From positions 128,001 through 192,000 of the forward strand of contig CAVRVY010000002.1 in assembly GCA_963724765.1 (NCBI GenBank): a stretch of 64,000 bases of DNA, in the 5' to 3' direction. Position numbers and translations under genes: made by a program. This DNA is from an uncultured delta proteobacterium. GTDB lineage: Bacteria; Desulfobacterota; Binatia; Binatales; Binataceae. Below the pieces are notes generated by a model, which worked only from the letters and a program-made list of their open reading frames with translations, ran no database searches and was not told the origin of the DNA. Of the stretch, positions 50,214-60,571 are shown in pieces. How positions within the stretch are numbered: the first letter of the stretch is position 1; each line of letters opens with the position of its first letter.

Positions 50214-51277
50214 CGCTTCGCGGCGGACGCGGATGGCAGCGCGACGTTGACTGCGGGCGCTTGTGCTTTCAGAGCGGTCCCCCGGGCGTTCAGTTTGCGC
50301 ACGATCTCGATAGCGCGTTCATGGTCGCGCAGCGTGCGCGAGAAAATATGAGTTCCGTCGTTGCGCGCAACAAAATACAGGTAATCCGTATGCGCCGGGT
50401 ATAGCGCCGCCATTATCGACGACATTCCAGGGTTTGCAATCGGTCCCGGCGGGAGTCCGGCGAACGAATACGTGTTATAGGCAGACGCAGTATGCACCGC
50501 CATCGCAGCAGGCTCAATTTCTCCGTCTGGATTATACTGGGCGGTGGGATCGGACTGAAGCGGCATCCCCAGCCTGAGGCGGTTATAAAACACGCTGGCG
50601 ATAGTCGGACGTTCTCCTGGCACCTTGGCCTCCTTCTCGATGATGGAGGCGAGGGTCACCAGCTCGTGCGCGCTCAAATTGAGCTCGAACAGCCGCTTCT
50701 CGGTGGGGGAGGGCAACGCGCTGTAGAACCGCCCCAGCATCGCGGTCAGTATCCGCCCAGTAGCTGCGTGCGGCGAAAAGCGATAGGTGGCCGGGAACAG
50801 GTAGCCCTCGGCGCCCAGCGGCTCCAGCCCCAGCGCCGCTGGCACCGGCCCCCATCGTGCGGCTGCTTCGAATTGCGCCTGGCATACGAGGCCTGCTTGC
50901 TCCAACCGCTCGGCTATCTGATGCAGCGTCGCGCCCTCGGGAATCGCCACCGTCACCACCACGAAATCCCCGTTGACCAGATGGCGCAACACGTCGGCGA
51001 CGCGCTCGCCGCCGCCGAAGGCATAGTCGCCGGGCTTGAGATTACGCCCGCCTCCGGTCAACTCGGCATAGAGCATCATCGCCCGCGCGCTGCGGACGAC
51101 GCCGGCGGAGGCGAGCCGGCGCGCCACCACGCTCAACGAATCGCCCGGATTGACCGACACGACCCTTGGCGTCGCGAATCTCGCCACCGGGGCCAGACAT
51201 GCGAAGGCAATCCACGCGGCCGCCGCGGCGACGCCAAGCCCCGTCAGAGCGGCTGCGGCCTTGAGGTATCGGCTCAC
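50210..51277 (-). CDS. mltG: Endolytic transglycosylase MltG
   Basis: IPEG, EGYLFPATY, LASIIEKE, NRL..GMPLQSDPT, YNTY...GLPPGPIANPG, YLYFV. Confidence 0.95.
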   Translation of the reverse strand: MSRYLKAAAALTGLGVAAAAAWIAFACLAPVARFATPRVVSVNPGDSLSVVARRLASAGVVRSARAMMLYAELTGGGRNLKPGDYAFGGGERVADVLRHLVNGDFVVVTVAIPEGATLHQIAERLEQAGLVCQAQFEAAARWGPVPAALGLEPLGAEGYLFPATYRFSPHAATGRILTAMLGRFYSALPSPTEKRLFELNLSAHELVTLASIIEKEAKVPGERPTIASVFYNRLRLGMPLQSDPTAQYNPDGEIEPAAMAVHTASAYNTYSFAGLPPGPIANPGMSSIMAALYPAHTDYLYFVARNDGTHIFSRTLRDHERAIEIVRKLNARGTALKAQAPAVNVALPSASAAKR

Positions 51278-51398
51278 TGGTTCACCGGGTCACCCTCGGA
51301 AGAAATCGCACCATATTGAGCATATCGGGGCTTTCAGCAGCTTTCACAGTTTCACTTTTCACTGGCCTTGCGGAGGCCTCGTCGGGCCTGACGCGGGT

Positions 51399-51821
51399 TC
51401 ATCGCGAATTCGTCCGTGCGCGGCGGCTTTCCAGCCATCCTTCCAGAATGACCGCCGCGGCCACGGCGTCGCGCGCAGCCTTTCTCGCCGTCGGCGAGAC
51501 GGACGCTTCGCGCAGCCGTTGCTCAGCCTCGAAGCTGGTCAACCGCTCGTCAAACATCTCGACCGGAAGGCCGGTAGCCGAGCCCAGATGTTCGGCGAAA
51601 GTCCGCGCTGCGCGCGCCGACGGTCCCTCGGTGCCATCCATGTTCAGCGGCAGGCCGACGACGATAAGCGAGACATCGCGATCGGCGAGTTGGATGCGAA
51701 TCGCCTCGAGATCGTGCCTCAGCGAACGGCGTTCCATTATTCTGAGCGGATAAGCTGCCTGACCGTCACTAACGGCTAATCCTATCCGTTTTCGACCGAA
51801 ATCTATGCCTGCGAACATCAT
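51399..51821 (-). CDS. ruvX: Holliday junction resolvase-like RuvX/YqgF
   Basis: GIDFGRKRIGLAVSD, VVGLPLNMDG, DERLTS, DAVAAAVIL. Confidence 0.93.
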   Translation of the reverse strand: MMFAGIDFGRKRIGLAVSDGQAAYPLRIMERRSLRHDLEAIRIQLADRDVSLIVVGLPLNMDGTEGPSARAARTFAEHLGSATGLPVEMFDERLTSFEAEQRLREASVSPTARKAARDAVAAAVILEGWLESRRARTNSR

Positions 51822-51923
51822 AGCGCGCCTTAGCTCGGCTGATATCTCGTATAAGAAAAATCTGTGGAAAGAGACGTGTCATAGCGGTTGCGTATGTGAA
51901 TCGAATCTCTTAAGTTGGGCCCG

Positions 51924-53360
51924 ATGGTTCGGGGGACCCTCGCACGAGTATTTCCGCGTCTGATAACGGCCTTGGTGGTCGCCGCTCTGGCGACCCTTGC
52001 GTCAATTCACCTCTTTTTCCAAGCCGGAGAACCCCCAACTCCGACCGTGGCGCTGATGGACCTGCAGGCCGGTCGTACCGATAGTGGCCCTGCCGAGCTC
52101 GCTGAAAGCGCCACTCCCGCTCCCGATCCGATCATCATCCAGCTAACCCTTGACCGTTCGGCCTCGGTCCTGCGCTACCTCGAGGACGCCGGGCTGTATC
52201 CTGCGGAGGCGCAGAACTGGGCCAATCATTTCCAAGAGGCCGCCAACACCGGGATGATGAAGGAAGGCCACGCGCTAGTCCTTTACAAAGATCCCGAAAC
52301 CGGCGACCTGCGCGACCTGCGCTACGACCTTAACACGAACGTTGCGATCCGCGAGCACTCCCTGGGCTCAGGCGTGATCCGCACCTCGCGCGACCTTATC
52401 GAATACGACGTTCGGCGGGTGAGTGTAGCGTTCCAGGTCGACCGCAGCTTCCGCACTGCCGCTCAGCTCCATAATTTGCCCGAGCCGATCGTTTATACAC
52501 TGGAGAACGCCTTCAGCGATCATCAGCCGCTCGACGAATTGCCGTCGGGCTCGGTGGTCAAACTCATCTACCAGGAAAAGGTGGCTCGCGACGGCAGCTA
52601 TAACCTGGTGACCGGAGTGGAGGCGGCGCAGATCGAGTCGGAAGACCGCATCATGAGCGCCTTCGCCTTTCGCGACGAGCACGGCCAGCCGCGCCTGTTC
52701 GACGCTAACGGCCAGGAATTAGGGCAACCGCAAACCCTGCGCTTCCCGGTCAAGTTCAACTACATTTCTTCCGGCTTCACCTTTCATCGCTACCATCCGA
52801 TTCTCCACGAGTACCGGCCGCACGTCGGCATCGATTTGGCAACCAGCTACGGCACTCCGGTGCAGGCCATTGCGGACGGGCGGGTCGAGTACGCCGGATG
52901 GTGCGGGGAACTGGGGCGATGCGTGCGGTTGGATCACGCGCAGGGCATGGTGAGCATCTACGGACACCTGTCGGAAATCACGCCGGGATTGAATCATGGC
53001 GAATGGGTGTCCTTGGGCGAGGTTATCGGACGAGTCGGCACCAGCGGATTGTCCACCGGACCGCATCTGCACTTCGCGCTCGAGCGTGAGGGCCATTACG
53101 TCAACCCGCTGACCGAAAGCATCGGCGTCAACCATGAGGTGTCGCCACGGATGCGGTCGCTGTTCGATCAATTCAAGGATAATTATCTCGCGATGCTGTC
53201 GAAGTTGCCCGACCTGGGCGGTCATTTCCACGTTGGCGCCGCGGCATCCCTCGGCGCGCGGGCGGCCGCAGGTCAGGCCGCTACGCATTTGGCGGGCGAG
53301 CTGGGCTCGCGCCGGCGCTCGCGTCATCACTATTCGTGGCGCACCGCTCTGGCGCGCTGA
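51924..53360 (+). CDS. M23 family peptidoglycan endopeptidase (MepM-like)
   Basis: N-terminal TM, HVGID (HxxxD), YGHLS, STGPHLHF. Confidence 0.9.
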   Translation: MVRGTLARVFPRLITALVVAALATLASIHLFFQAGEPPTPTVALMDLQAGRTDSGPAELAESATPAPDPIIIQLTLDRSASVLRYLEDAGLYPAEAQNWANHFQEAANTGMMKEGHALVLYKDPETGDLRDLRYDLNTNVAIREHSLGSGVIRTSRDLIEYDVRRVSVAFQVDRSFRTAAQLHNLPEPIVYTLENAFSDHQPLDELPSGSVVKLIYQEKVARDGSYNLVTGVEAAQIESEDRIMSAFAFRDEHGQPRLFDANGQELGQPQTLRFPVKFNYISSGFTFHRYHPILHEYRPHVGIDLATSYGTPVQAIADGRVEYAGWCGELGRCVRLDHAQGMVSIYGHLSEITPGLNHGEWVSLGEVIGRVGTSGLSTGPHLHFALEREGHYVNPLTESIGVNHEVSPRMRSLFDQFKDNYLAMLSKLPDLGGHFHVGAAASLGARAAAGQAATHLAGELGSRRRSRHHYSWRTALAR

Positions 53361-53373
53361 TTCCCGCTCTGCT

Positions 53374-54192
53374 GTGGCCCATTCGGCACTGGATAGCGAT
53401 TTCTTCGATCTTCCCATTCCCCGCGTAATCGCCCATCGCGGCGCCAGCGGAGAATATCCCGAAAATACACTGGTTGCTTTTCGCGCGGCCGCCGAAGCCG
53501 GCGCGCCATACTTTGAGCTCGACGTTCACATGACGCGCGACGGCGTGGTCGTGGTCAGCCACGACCCGGAGCTCAGTCGCACCTGCGGCCTCGACGCGGC
53601 AATCCGCGATCTGACGCTTGCCGAGCTTAAACGGGTCGACGCGGGATGGGGATTTACGACGTCGACCGCCGGGACTACTGCCGCTGGCGACAGCGGGTTT
53701 CCGTTTCGCCGACGCGGAATCGAAGTGCCGGCGCTGGCCGAGGTTTTTGCGGCCTTCCCCGAACGCCGCTACATAATCGAGATAAAGCAGAGCGAGCCGA
53801 GCCTGGCTGTGACGCTGCTCGACCTGATCGAGCGGGCCGGAATGCGCCGGCAGGTGCTGGTGGCGGGCGAGGAGCATGTTCCAATCGACGAGATACGCAC
53901 GCTTGCCCCAAAGCTGCCGACCGGATTTCCCTATCCCGAGATAGTTGGCTTTATGGCATCGCTGGCGCCCGGCGCCGAACCGTATCAGCCGCGCGGCGAC
54001 GCTCTGCAGATTCCGCCCGAATACGAGGCGTGGCGGCTGGTAACACCGTACAGTGTCGCCGCGGCCCATCGGGCGGGTGCCGAGGTGCACGTGTGGACGG
54101 TAAACGACGCGGCTGAGATGCGCGCGATGCTCGAACTCGGCGTCGACGGCATCATCACCGATTATCCCGCGCGCCTGCTCGCACTCCTGTAG
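53374..54192 (+). CDS. Glycerophosphodiester phosphodiesterase
   Basis: IAHRGASGEYPENT, ELDVH.TRDG.VVVSHD, IEIK, VWTVN, GVDGIITDYP. Confidence 0.92.
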   Translation: MAHSALDSDFFDLPIPRVIAHRGASGEYPENTLVAFRAAAEAGAPYFELDVHMTRDGVVVVSHDPELSRTCGLDAAIRDLTLAELKRVDAGWGFTTSTAGTTAAGDSGFPFRRRGIEVPALAEVFAAFPERRYIIEIKQSEPSLAVTLLDLIERAGMRRQVLVAGEEHVPIDEIRTLAPKLPTGFPYPEIVGFMASLAPGAEPYQPRGDALQIPPEYEAWRLVTPYSVAAAHRAGAEVHVWTVNDAAEMRAMLELGVDGIITDYPARLLALL

Positions 54193-54326
54193 CCTGGCTC
54201 TCCGCCGCGTTCACATCGCGCAAGGGCCGCATTCGCGCGGCGCCGGGTGCGCGCGCTTTCCCGGCGCGACGGGCTTCTGTTACGATCCCCGCCGTTCCCT
54301 TAGCGCAGCGTCCGGAGGTGGATTCG

Positions 54327-55343
54327 ATGAAGCTTGACACGATGCTTTCCGCACGGGACCTGCACGAGGTTCCCAAGGCGGCCAAGGCTGCCGAGGAAGC
54401 CGGCTTCGACGCCATCTGGTCGATGGAAGCGGGCAATGACGGGTTCCTGCCGCTGGCGCTCGCCGCCGAGCACACCCGGCGAATCAAGATGGGTCCGGCG
54501 GTAGCGATCGCTTTTCCGCGCAGCCCCATGGTGATCGCCTATACCTCCTACGACCTTGCGCGTCTGTCCGAGGGGCGCTTCGTGCTGGGGCTCGGCACCC
54601 AGGTCAAGGGCCATATCGAGCGGCGCTACGGTATGCGATGGGAGCCGCCGGTGCCCAAGCTGCGCGAGTACCTGGAGTCGCTGGCCGCGATTTTCAAATG
54701 CTGGAGCGAAGGCGGCGCGAAACTCTCGTACAAGGGCAAGTATTATAACTTCTCACTGATGACGCCGTTCTTCGCGCCGCGGCAGCATCAGTTCAAGATC
54801 CCGGTCTACATCGCGGGCGTGAACCAGCACATCTGCCGGCTGGCGGGCGAATTATGCGACGGCCTGCACGCGCATCCGTTCAACTCGCCCAAGTACTTGC
54901 GCGAGTTCGTGATACCGCATCTCGAAGAGGGCTTCAGGAAATCCGGCCGCTCGCGCAACAACTTCACCGTTTTCACGACCGCCTTCGTGGTGGTGGGCAA
55001 CAACGACGAAGAGATTGATAAGGCGCGCGAGGCAGTGCGCCAGCAAATCGCGTTCTATGCCTCCACCCGCACCTACCAGATCGTGCTCGATACGCATGGA
55101 TGGGGCGGCGTGGCGCCGCGCCTCAACGAAAAGGCCGCCAAGGGCGATTGGACCGGCATGGCCAAAGAGATCACCGACGAGATGCTCGAAACCTATTCGG
55201 TGAGCGGCAAGTGGGACCACATCGCGGCCAAGGTCATGGCGCGCTACGACGGCCTGCTCGACCGCGTGGCCTTTTACATGCCGTACAAGGCCGGCGTCGA
55301 CGAAGAAGCCTGGCGCCAGCTCTGCAAGCAGTTCAACGGTTGA
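54327..55343 (+). CDS. LLM-class oxidoreductase, probable F420-dependent (TIGR03617-like)
   Basis: AIAFPRSPM, GRFVLGLGTQVKGHIERRYG, QIAFYASTRTY. Confidence 0.85.
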   Translation: MKLDTMLSARDLHEVPKAAKAAEEAGFDAIWSMEAGNDGFLPLALAAEHTRRIKMGPAVAIAFPRSPMVIAYTSYDLARLSEGRFVLGLGTQVKGHIERRYGMRWEPPVPKLREYLESLAAIFKCWSEGGAKLSYKGKYYNFSLMTPFFAPRQHQFKIPVYIAGVNQHICRLAGELCDGLHAHPFNSPKYLREFVIPHLEEGFRKSGRSRNNFTVFTTAFVVVGNNDEEIDKAREAVRQQIAFYASTRTYQIVLDTHGWGGVAPRLNEKAAKGDWTGMAKEITDEMLETYSVSGKWDHIAAKVMARYDGLLDRVAFYMPYKAGVDEEAWRQLCKQFNG

Positions 55344-55369
55344 GACCGCGGGCGGCTGCGGCGGAGCGT

Positions 55370-56146
55370 CTACTTGTCGAGCGTCGAGCCCAGTTCCTGG
55401 ACCTTTTTTCGCAGCATGCCTACGAGCGCCGGGTAACCGTCGTTGTTGAGCACGCGATTGAACTGCTGGCGATAGTTGGCCATCACGCTTATCGCGTCGA
55501 TGTTGAGGTCGTAAATCTTCCAGCTCGCGCCGTCGCGCCTCACCAAGTAGTCGATCTTGATCGGCGGCGGCTGATCCTTGAGCAGCACGGTGCTATGGAC
55601 CTCGGCGTAGTCGGCGCCGTCGTACTGCTGTCCGGTGAAGCTGACGTTGGAGGTGGTCGCGGTCTGGCGGATTTTCTGCACGCTGTATTCCTGCAGCTTG
55701 CTCAGGTAGACGTTCTCCATGAACGAGGCGAACAGGGGAACGAATTCGGCCTGCTGCGCCGGCGTGAGCTGGCGCCAATGGTAGCCAAGCGTGGTGCGCG
55801 CCATGTCGGCGAAGTCGAAGTTGGCCGCCGCTATGTCGCGCAGCCTTTTGTCGCGCTCCGCCGCGGGCGTTTGGGTGTCGCGCACCACGACGGTCGCCTG
55901 GTCGATGACGGCCTTGACCATCGCCGTGGGGTCAATCCCCATGACCGCGGCGGAGGCGTTCGCCTGGGCGCACGCGCGACCCGGCATCAAGGTGACGGCA
56001 CAGACCGCGCCGGCAAGAAAGACTGCATTTATCAGGCCCGCCTTGAAGGTTGAGCGGGACTTAATCGTTTCTTCACAATCAAGCCTACCTGTGCGGTTCT
56101 GTCGTTCGGTAACGTGTGAACTGAACATTTCGTATAAATGATTCAT
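55370..56146 (-). CDS. mlaC: MlaC/Ttg2D phospholipid-binding periplasmic protein (start uncertain)
   Basis: FDFADMARTTLGYHW, WKIYDLNIDAISVMANYRQQF. Confidence 0.85.
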   Translation of the reverse strand: MNHLYEMFSSHVTERQNRTGRLDCEETIKSRSTFKAGLINAVFLAGAVCAVTLMPGRACAQANASAAVMGIDPTAMVKAVIDQATVVVRDTQTPAAERDKRLRDIAAANFDFADMARTTLGYHWRQLTPAQQAEFVPLFASFMENVYLSKLQEYSVQKIRQTATTSNVSFTGQQYDGADYAEVHSTVLLKDQPPPIKIDYLVRRDGASWKIYDLNIDAISVMANYRQQFNRVLNNDGYPALVGMLRKKVQELGSTLDK

Positions 56147-56245
56147 GACGGATTATTATCGGCTCTCGCGCGACAGTTTGAAACAGCCTGAGCATTCCGA
56201 ATGGCCCGCTGCGCTAAGCCTTTAGATAGGCTAGGCTATTTGGCG

Positions 56246-57118
56246 ATGCACAAGCGTGTGCTTTTCGCCGCGGATCCGCGATGGGCCGCGATGGCCGAGA
56301 GCCTCGATTTGCTCATGGCTGACGGCGGATTCCGTGCGCTCAAGGATGAAGCGCGCACGCGCGCCGGTCTGCTCAAGGGGCCCGACGGCGCGCTGGTTTT
56401 CGTCAAACGCGTGCGTACCGGCTCGTGGGCGAGGGGGCTCATCGTCGCTGCGCGCGGTTCGCGCGTGCGGCGATGGCTTGAGGGGGCGGCCATGCTGTCG
56501 ATGGCGGGGTTCAACCGCCCGGCGCCGCTCGCCGCGCTCGAAGTGCGCTACGCGGGCGCGGTGAGCGAATCCTACCTGGTGTGCGAGGCGCTCAACGATG
56601 CTACCGTGCTGAGCGGCGCCGTGCTGGGCGGGGGCAAAGTACATTTTCGATCCCGCCGCTCGCTGCTCAGCGCGGTGGCGCGCGAGGTTCGGCGGTTGCA
56701 TGACGCGGGGCTCTATACGCTCGACTTGCAGGAGACCAACTTGATGGTGCAGGAGCGCGACGGCGTGCCGCCCCGGATAAGCTTCGTCGACCTCGAGGAT
56801 TTCCGCCGGGTACGCTCGGTCTCCTGGCACCGAAGGCTGCTGAATCTCGTTCATCTCGACCGCAGTATCGGACGTTTCCTGAATCGTCCCGCACGGTTGC
56901 GCTGTCTTTACGACTATCTTGGCGCAAGCACACTGGAGCGCGATGACCGGCGTCGCACCGTTGCGCAGTTCTGGCAACTCCGCGACGGGCTCGAGAGCCG
57001 CCATCGTGCGCGTGCGCCGCGCGTCGCGCCGGCGGCGCCGCCGCAGGCGACCGCAAGTCTCGCGCACGGCGCCGGGCCGGCCACTGCGGACCCGTTTGCG
57101 CCGCCGCGCGGCCACTGA
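56246..57118 (+). CDS. Lipopolysaccharide kinase (Kdo/WaaP/InaA family)
   Basis: VFVKR, P.PLA, VRRLHDAGLYTLDLQETNLMV, FVDLED, NLVHLDRS. Confidence 0.8.
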   Translation: MHKRVLFAADPRWAAMAESLDLLMADGGFRALKDEARTRAGLLKGPDGALVFVKRVRTGSWARGLIVAARGSRVRRWLEGAAMLSMAGFNRPAPLAALEVRYAGAVSESYLVCEALNDATVLSGAVLGGGKVHFRSRRSLLSAVAREVRRLHDAGLYTLDLQETNLMVQERDGVPPRISFVDLEDFRRVRSVSWHRRLLNLVHLDRSIGRFLNRPARLRCLYDYLGASTLERDDRRRTVAQFWQLRDGLESRHRARAPRVAPAAPPQATASLAHGAGPATADPFAPPRGH

Positions 57119-57151
57119 CAGCACAAATTATCGACGGGACATCGCTAAGCA

Positions 57152-57874
57152 ATGGCCTTCTCGATTCGCAGACGCGAGTACGATCACCACACTGAGCAAG
57201 TACACGCGGCCGGCGGCGCCAGTTTGCGCGACCTGATGCTGGGGCTCAACGACGGCCTGGTCGCTTCGTTCGCGGTCACCTCCGGCGTGGCCGGCGCGTT
57301 CACCTCGGGCAAAATCGTGGTGATGGCCGGGCTGGCCGAGATGCTCGGCGGCGCGGTTTCGATGGGCCTGGCGGCCTTTATCTCGGCGCGCTCGCAGATC
57401 GAGTTCTACCATAGTGAGATCCAGCGCGAGCGCGACGAGATCCAACGATGGCCCGAGCGCGAACGCGAGGAAATCCGCGCCATTTATCGCGCCAAAGGCT
57501 TCGCAGGCGAGTTGCTCGATCGCATCGTCGGCCATATCACGGCCGATCCAGACCGCTGGAGCGACGTGATGATGCGCGAGGAATTGGGGATGGCGGTCGA
57601 ATCGTTCGATCAGCCGCTGCGCTCGGCGTTGACGGTGGGCTTGTCCTATTTCGTAGGCGCAACCGTGCCGGTAATCGGCTACCTTTTGGTCCCGCCGCGC
57701 GAGGGCCTGGTCATCTCGGTGGTCGCGACGGTTGCGACCTTGTTCGTGGTCGGCGCGGCCAAGACGATAATCACGGCGCGTCCGTGGTGGCGCAGCGGAC
57801 TGGAGAGCATGGCGACCGGTATCGTGGCCGCGGCGGTGACTTACGGCGCGGGGCGATTCTTCGCGCGCCGCTGA
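57152..57874 (+). CDS. VIT1/CCC1 family Fe/Mn transporter
   Basis: LRDLMLGLNDGLV, GAVSMGLAAFIS, MMREELG. Confidence 0.92.
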   Translation: MAFSIRRREYDHHTEQVHAAGGASLRDLMLGLNDGLVASFAVTSGVAGAFTSGKIVVMAGLAEMLGGAVSMGLAAFISARSQIEFYHSEIQRERDEIQRWPEREREEIRAIYRAKGFAGELLDRIVGHITADPDRWSDVMMREELGMAVESFDQPLRSALTVGLSYFVGATVPVIGYLLVPPREGLVISVVATVATLFVVGAAKTIITARPWWRSGLESMATGIVAAAVTYGAGRFFARR

Positions 57875-57882
57875 AACCAGTG

Positions 57883-57938
57883 CAGGATGACAGCAAAAAG
57901 TCTCCCTTTCCGTCATCCTGAGCGTCAGCGAAGGATCT
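57883..57938. repeat. GTCATCCTGAGC..GCGAAGGATCT-type short palindromic repeat remnant
   Basis: CAGGATGAC (57883-57891) / GTCATCCTG (57912-57920) inverted pair; GTCATCCTGAGCGTCAGCGAAGGATCT matches a widespread intergenic repeat consensus. Confidence 0.65.
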
Positions 57939-58224
57939 TCGCGAAGCGATGGATTCTTTTCCCCGCTTTATCAACACCCTGACCAAGCAGATGGTCGGGC
58001 GCTTCTGAACTCCTCCGCCAATTGTCCTGAAGGAGATTGGGTGGTGGTCGAGGGGGTCGAGCGAGATAGCGCCGGAGATCTTTCCTCTTTGGCGCGTCCT
58101 CGTGTTGCTCCGCCACTTCTGCGAAGCGGCTACTTCGGATGAAGTGGCGTTGACCTCGATGGCGCATCCTCGCTATCTCTACCCGATCGTGACTCAGCAA
58201 GGTCCCTCTGTCTCGCCGAGGCGC

Positions 58225-59697
58225 ATGACGGCAGCCGCTTCGCCGCCGCTCTCGCGCGAGGCGGCGTGGGAGATTGCGCTATCGGCCTGGCGCTCGTCGC
58301 GGCTGTTCTCTTTCATCCTGCTGGCGCTGGCGGTGATCGTGGGTGCATTCTATCGCTTCCATCGGCTCGCCCGCTGGGACATGAACGGCGACGAAGCCAT
58401 CGCGTGGGCGGCGGCGACGAAGCCGGCTTTGCACCAGGTGGCGGCGGCGTTCTGGCGGTTTGAGAACGGCGGCAAACTTCCGCTCTTCGACATCGTTTTG
58501 CACGGCTGGGTGCGACTGTTCGGCGACAGCCTGTTCGCTATGCGCGCGATGTCGGCCGCGTTCGGCACGGTCGCGATCGTACTGATATTCTTCGCCGTGC
58601 GAGAGATTTGCCGCGCCCTCGGCGGCGAAGCGGGCGTCGAGGTGGGCGAGATGAGCGGCGCGTTCGCGGCGCTTTTCTATGCGTTGAATCTCACGATAGT
58701 GGTGTCGGACCGCATCGCGCGGGAGTTTCCGCTGCTGACGGTGGTGGAGCTGGCGCAGATAATTTTTTTGGTGCGCGCACAACGCCGCGCCACGTGGGCG
58801 AGCTACCTGGGGATCGTGGTTTTCACCGCAATAATGATCCCGATCAACTACAGCGCGACCTTCCTGCTTGCCGCTGAAGCGCTATGGCTCGGCGGCCTGC
58901 TGCTGGCGCGGTGTGCGGGCTCCGCGCGCGCCGCCGAGGTCGCGATCTTTCGCCCGGGACTCGCAGTGATCGGTGGGATCGCGCTCCTCGCACCGCTGTT
59001 GCCGGGCGTGTTTATCTCCTCACGCGCGGCGGTGCAGCACAACGCGGTCAGTTGGATCCAGCTGCAGCCGGTCTCGTGGCCATACACGGTGTTTCGCGAC
59101 GTGGCCGGCAATCCGGCGCTGTTCCATATTCTTGCCGCGTTGATCGTGTTCGGGGTTTGGTGGCAATGGCGATCCGGACGGCTGGCTTCTGGATTTCTGG
59201 CGGCCTGGATGCTGGGGCCGGTGCTGGCGGTATACCTGGTGACCTACCTGATTGAGCCGATGGAATTTCCGCGCTACGTCCTGATCGCTTTTGTCGGCAT
59301 GTTCGCCTTCGCCGGCTATGGGGCGGGCTGCATACGCAGCACCGCCGTGCGCATCGTGCTCGCGATAGTGATCCTTCATCTCTCGGTGCCTTTGATACAC
59401 AATTGGCTCAAAGTCCTGCGCGACGGCGCATGGCGCGAAGCGACTGCGTTGGCCTACCAAAGCGCCGCCGGCGGCCAGATTGCGGTCTGCCCGCCGGTCA
59501 ACCTGAACGTGGTGCGCTTCTACCTGCCGCCGGAGCGCCGCGACGACGCGGTTGCGATGAAACGCAAGTGTGGCGCTGCGCCCGTGGTGATCCTGAGCGG
59601 CCGGGGGGTTGTTTCCAATGCTGAGATAGCAATAGCGGAAGCGTGCTATCCGCGCGTGCTTGCGCGTCTCCAACTGGTCGAGGTGCGCGCGCGCTGA
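58225..59697 (+). CDS. GT-C fold (GT39/PMT-like) membrane glycosyltransferase
   Basis: RFHRL..WDMNGDEA, PLFDIVLHGW..LFGDS.FAMRAMSA, many TM helices. Confidence 0.8.
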   Translation: MTAAASPPLSREAAWEIALSAWRSSRLFSFILLALAVIVGAFYRFHRLARWDMNGDEAIAWAAATKPALHQVAAAFWRFENGGKLPLFDIVLHGWVRLFGDSLFAMRAMSAAFGTVAIVLIFFAVREICRALGGEAGVEVGEMSGAFAALFYALNLTIVVSDRIAREFPLLTVVELAQIIFLVRAQRRATWASYLGIVVFTAIMIPINYSATFLLAAEALWLGGLLLARCAGSARAAEVAIFRPGLAVIGGIALLAPLLPGVFISSRAAVQHNAVSWIQLQPVSWPYTVFRDVAGNPALFHILAALIVFGVWWQWRSGRLASGFLAAWMLGPVLAVYLVTYLIEPMEFPRYVLIAFVGMFAFAGYGAGCIRSTAVRIVLAIVILHLSVPLIHNWLKVLRDGAWREATALAYQSAAGGQIAVCPPVNLNVVRFYLPPERRDDAVAMKRKCGAAPVVILSGRGVVSNAEIAIAEACYPRVLARLQLVEVRAR

Positions 59698-59740
59698 GCT
59701 TGCCGATAATCAAGGAAGGTCGCGGAGACTCAAATCAACG

Positions 59741-60553
59741 ATGTCCAGGAGCGCCACAGTACAGTCACCGCCGGACGACGGGGGCACAGGGCCGACCGGC
59801 GCACCGGTGCACAACTACGCGACCGACATCGAGTATCAACGCGCGGTATGGAGGCGCAAACCGGCGCTGCGCCTGCTCTACGGCCACTGGTATGCACAAT
59901 GCGTCGCGGCGCTGGCACAACATCGGCCTACCGTCGAGGTTGGCTGCGGCTCCGGCAACTTCAAGGCGTTTTATCCGGAACTAATCGCCACCGACGTGCT
60001 GATAGGCACTGGCGCGGACCTGGTCGCCGACGCGATGGCGTTGCCGCTCAGAAAGGACAAAGCCGGAAACATCGTCGCCTTCGACGTGATCCATCATCTG
60101 CAGCGTCCGCTCAGATTTCTCAGGCAGGCGATAGCGGTGCTGAAGCCGGGCGGCCGCCTGGTGTTGTGCGAGCCGGCGATGTCACTTTGGTCGAGGTTCG
60201 TATTCCGCTATTTCCATCACGAAGCATTCGACCTTTCCTGGCCGCTGTTCGATCTCGACGGCCGTCCACCCGATCCTGACCCCGGTCACTCGTTCTCGAA
60301 CCAGGCCATCCCCGAGATCCTGTTTTGGAAAGAGCGTGCGCGGACGCTGGCCGAGCTCGGCCCGTGCAAATTGGTGGAGGCGCGAAAATTCGGGTTTCTG
60401 CTCTATCCACTCAGCGGAGGATTCACCGCGCACAGCTTACTGCCCTGCTGGGGGCTGCCGGCGCTGTTGAAAGGCGAAGATTGGGTCACCGGGCCATTTT
60501 CGCGATGGCTCACCGGCATGCGGATGCTGGTGGTGCTGGAAAAAACGCAATGA
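59741..60553 (+). CDS. Class I SAM-dependent methyltransferase
   Basis: VEVGCGSG, ADAMALP, DVIHHL, VLKPGGRL...EP. Confidence 0.88.
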   Translation: MSRSATVQSPPDDGGTGPTGAPVHNYATDIEYQRAVWRRKPALRLLYGHWYAQCVAALAQHRPTVEVGCGSGNFKAFYPELIATDVLIGTGADLVADAMALPLRKDKAGNIVAFDVIHHLQRPLRFLRQAIAVLKPGGRLVLCEPAMSLWSRFVFRYFHHEAFDLSWPLFDLDGRPPDPDPGHSFSNQAIPEILFWKERARTLAELGPCKLVEARKFGFLLYPLSGGFTAHSLLPCWGLPALLKGEDWVTGPFSRWLTGMRMLVVLEKTQ

Positions 60554-60571
60554 AGGCGGATCGCGATCCGG

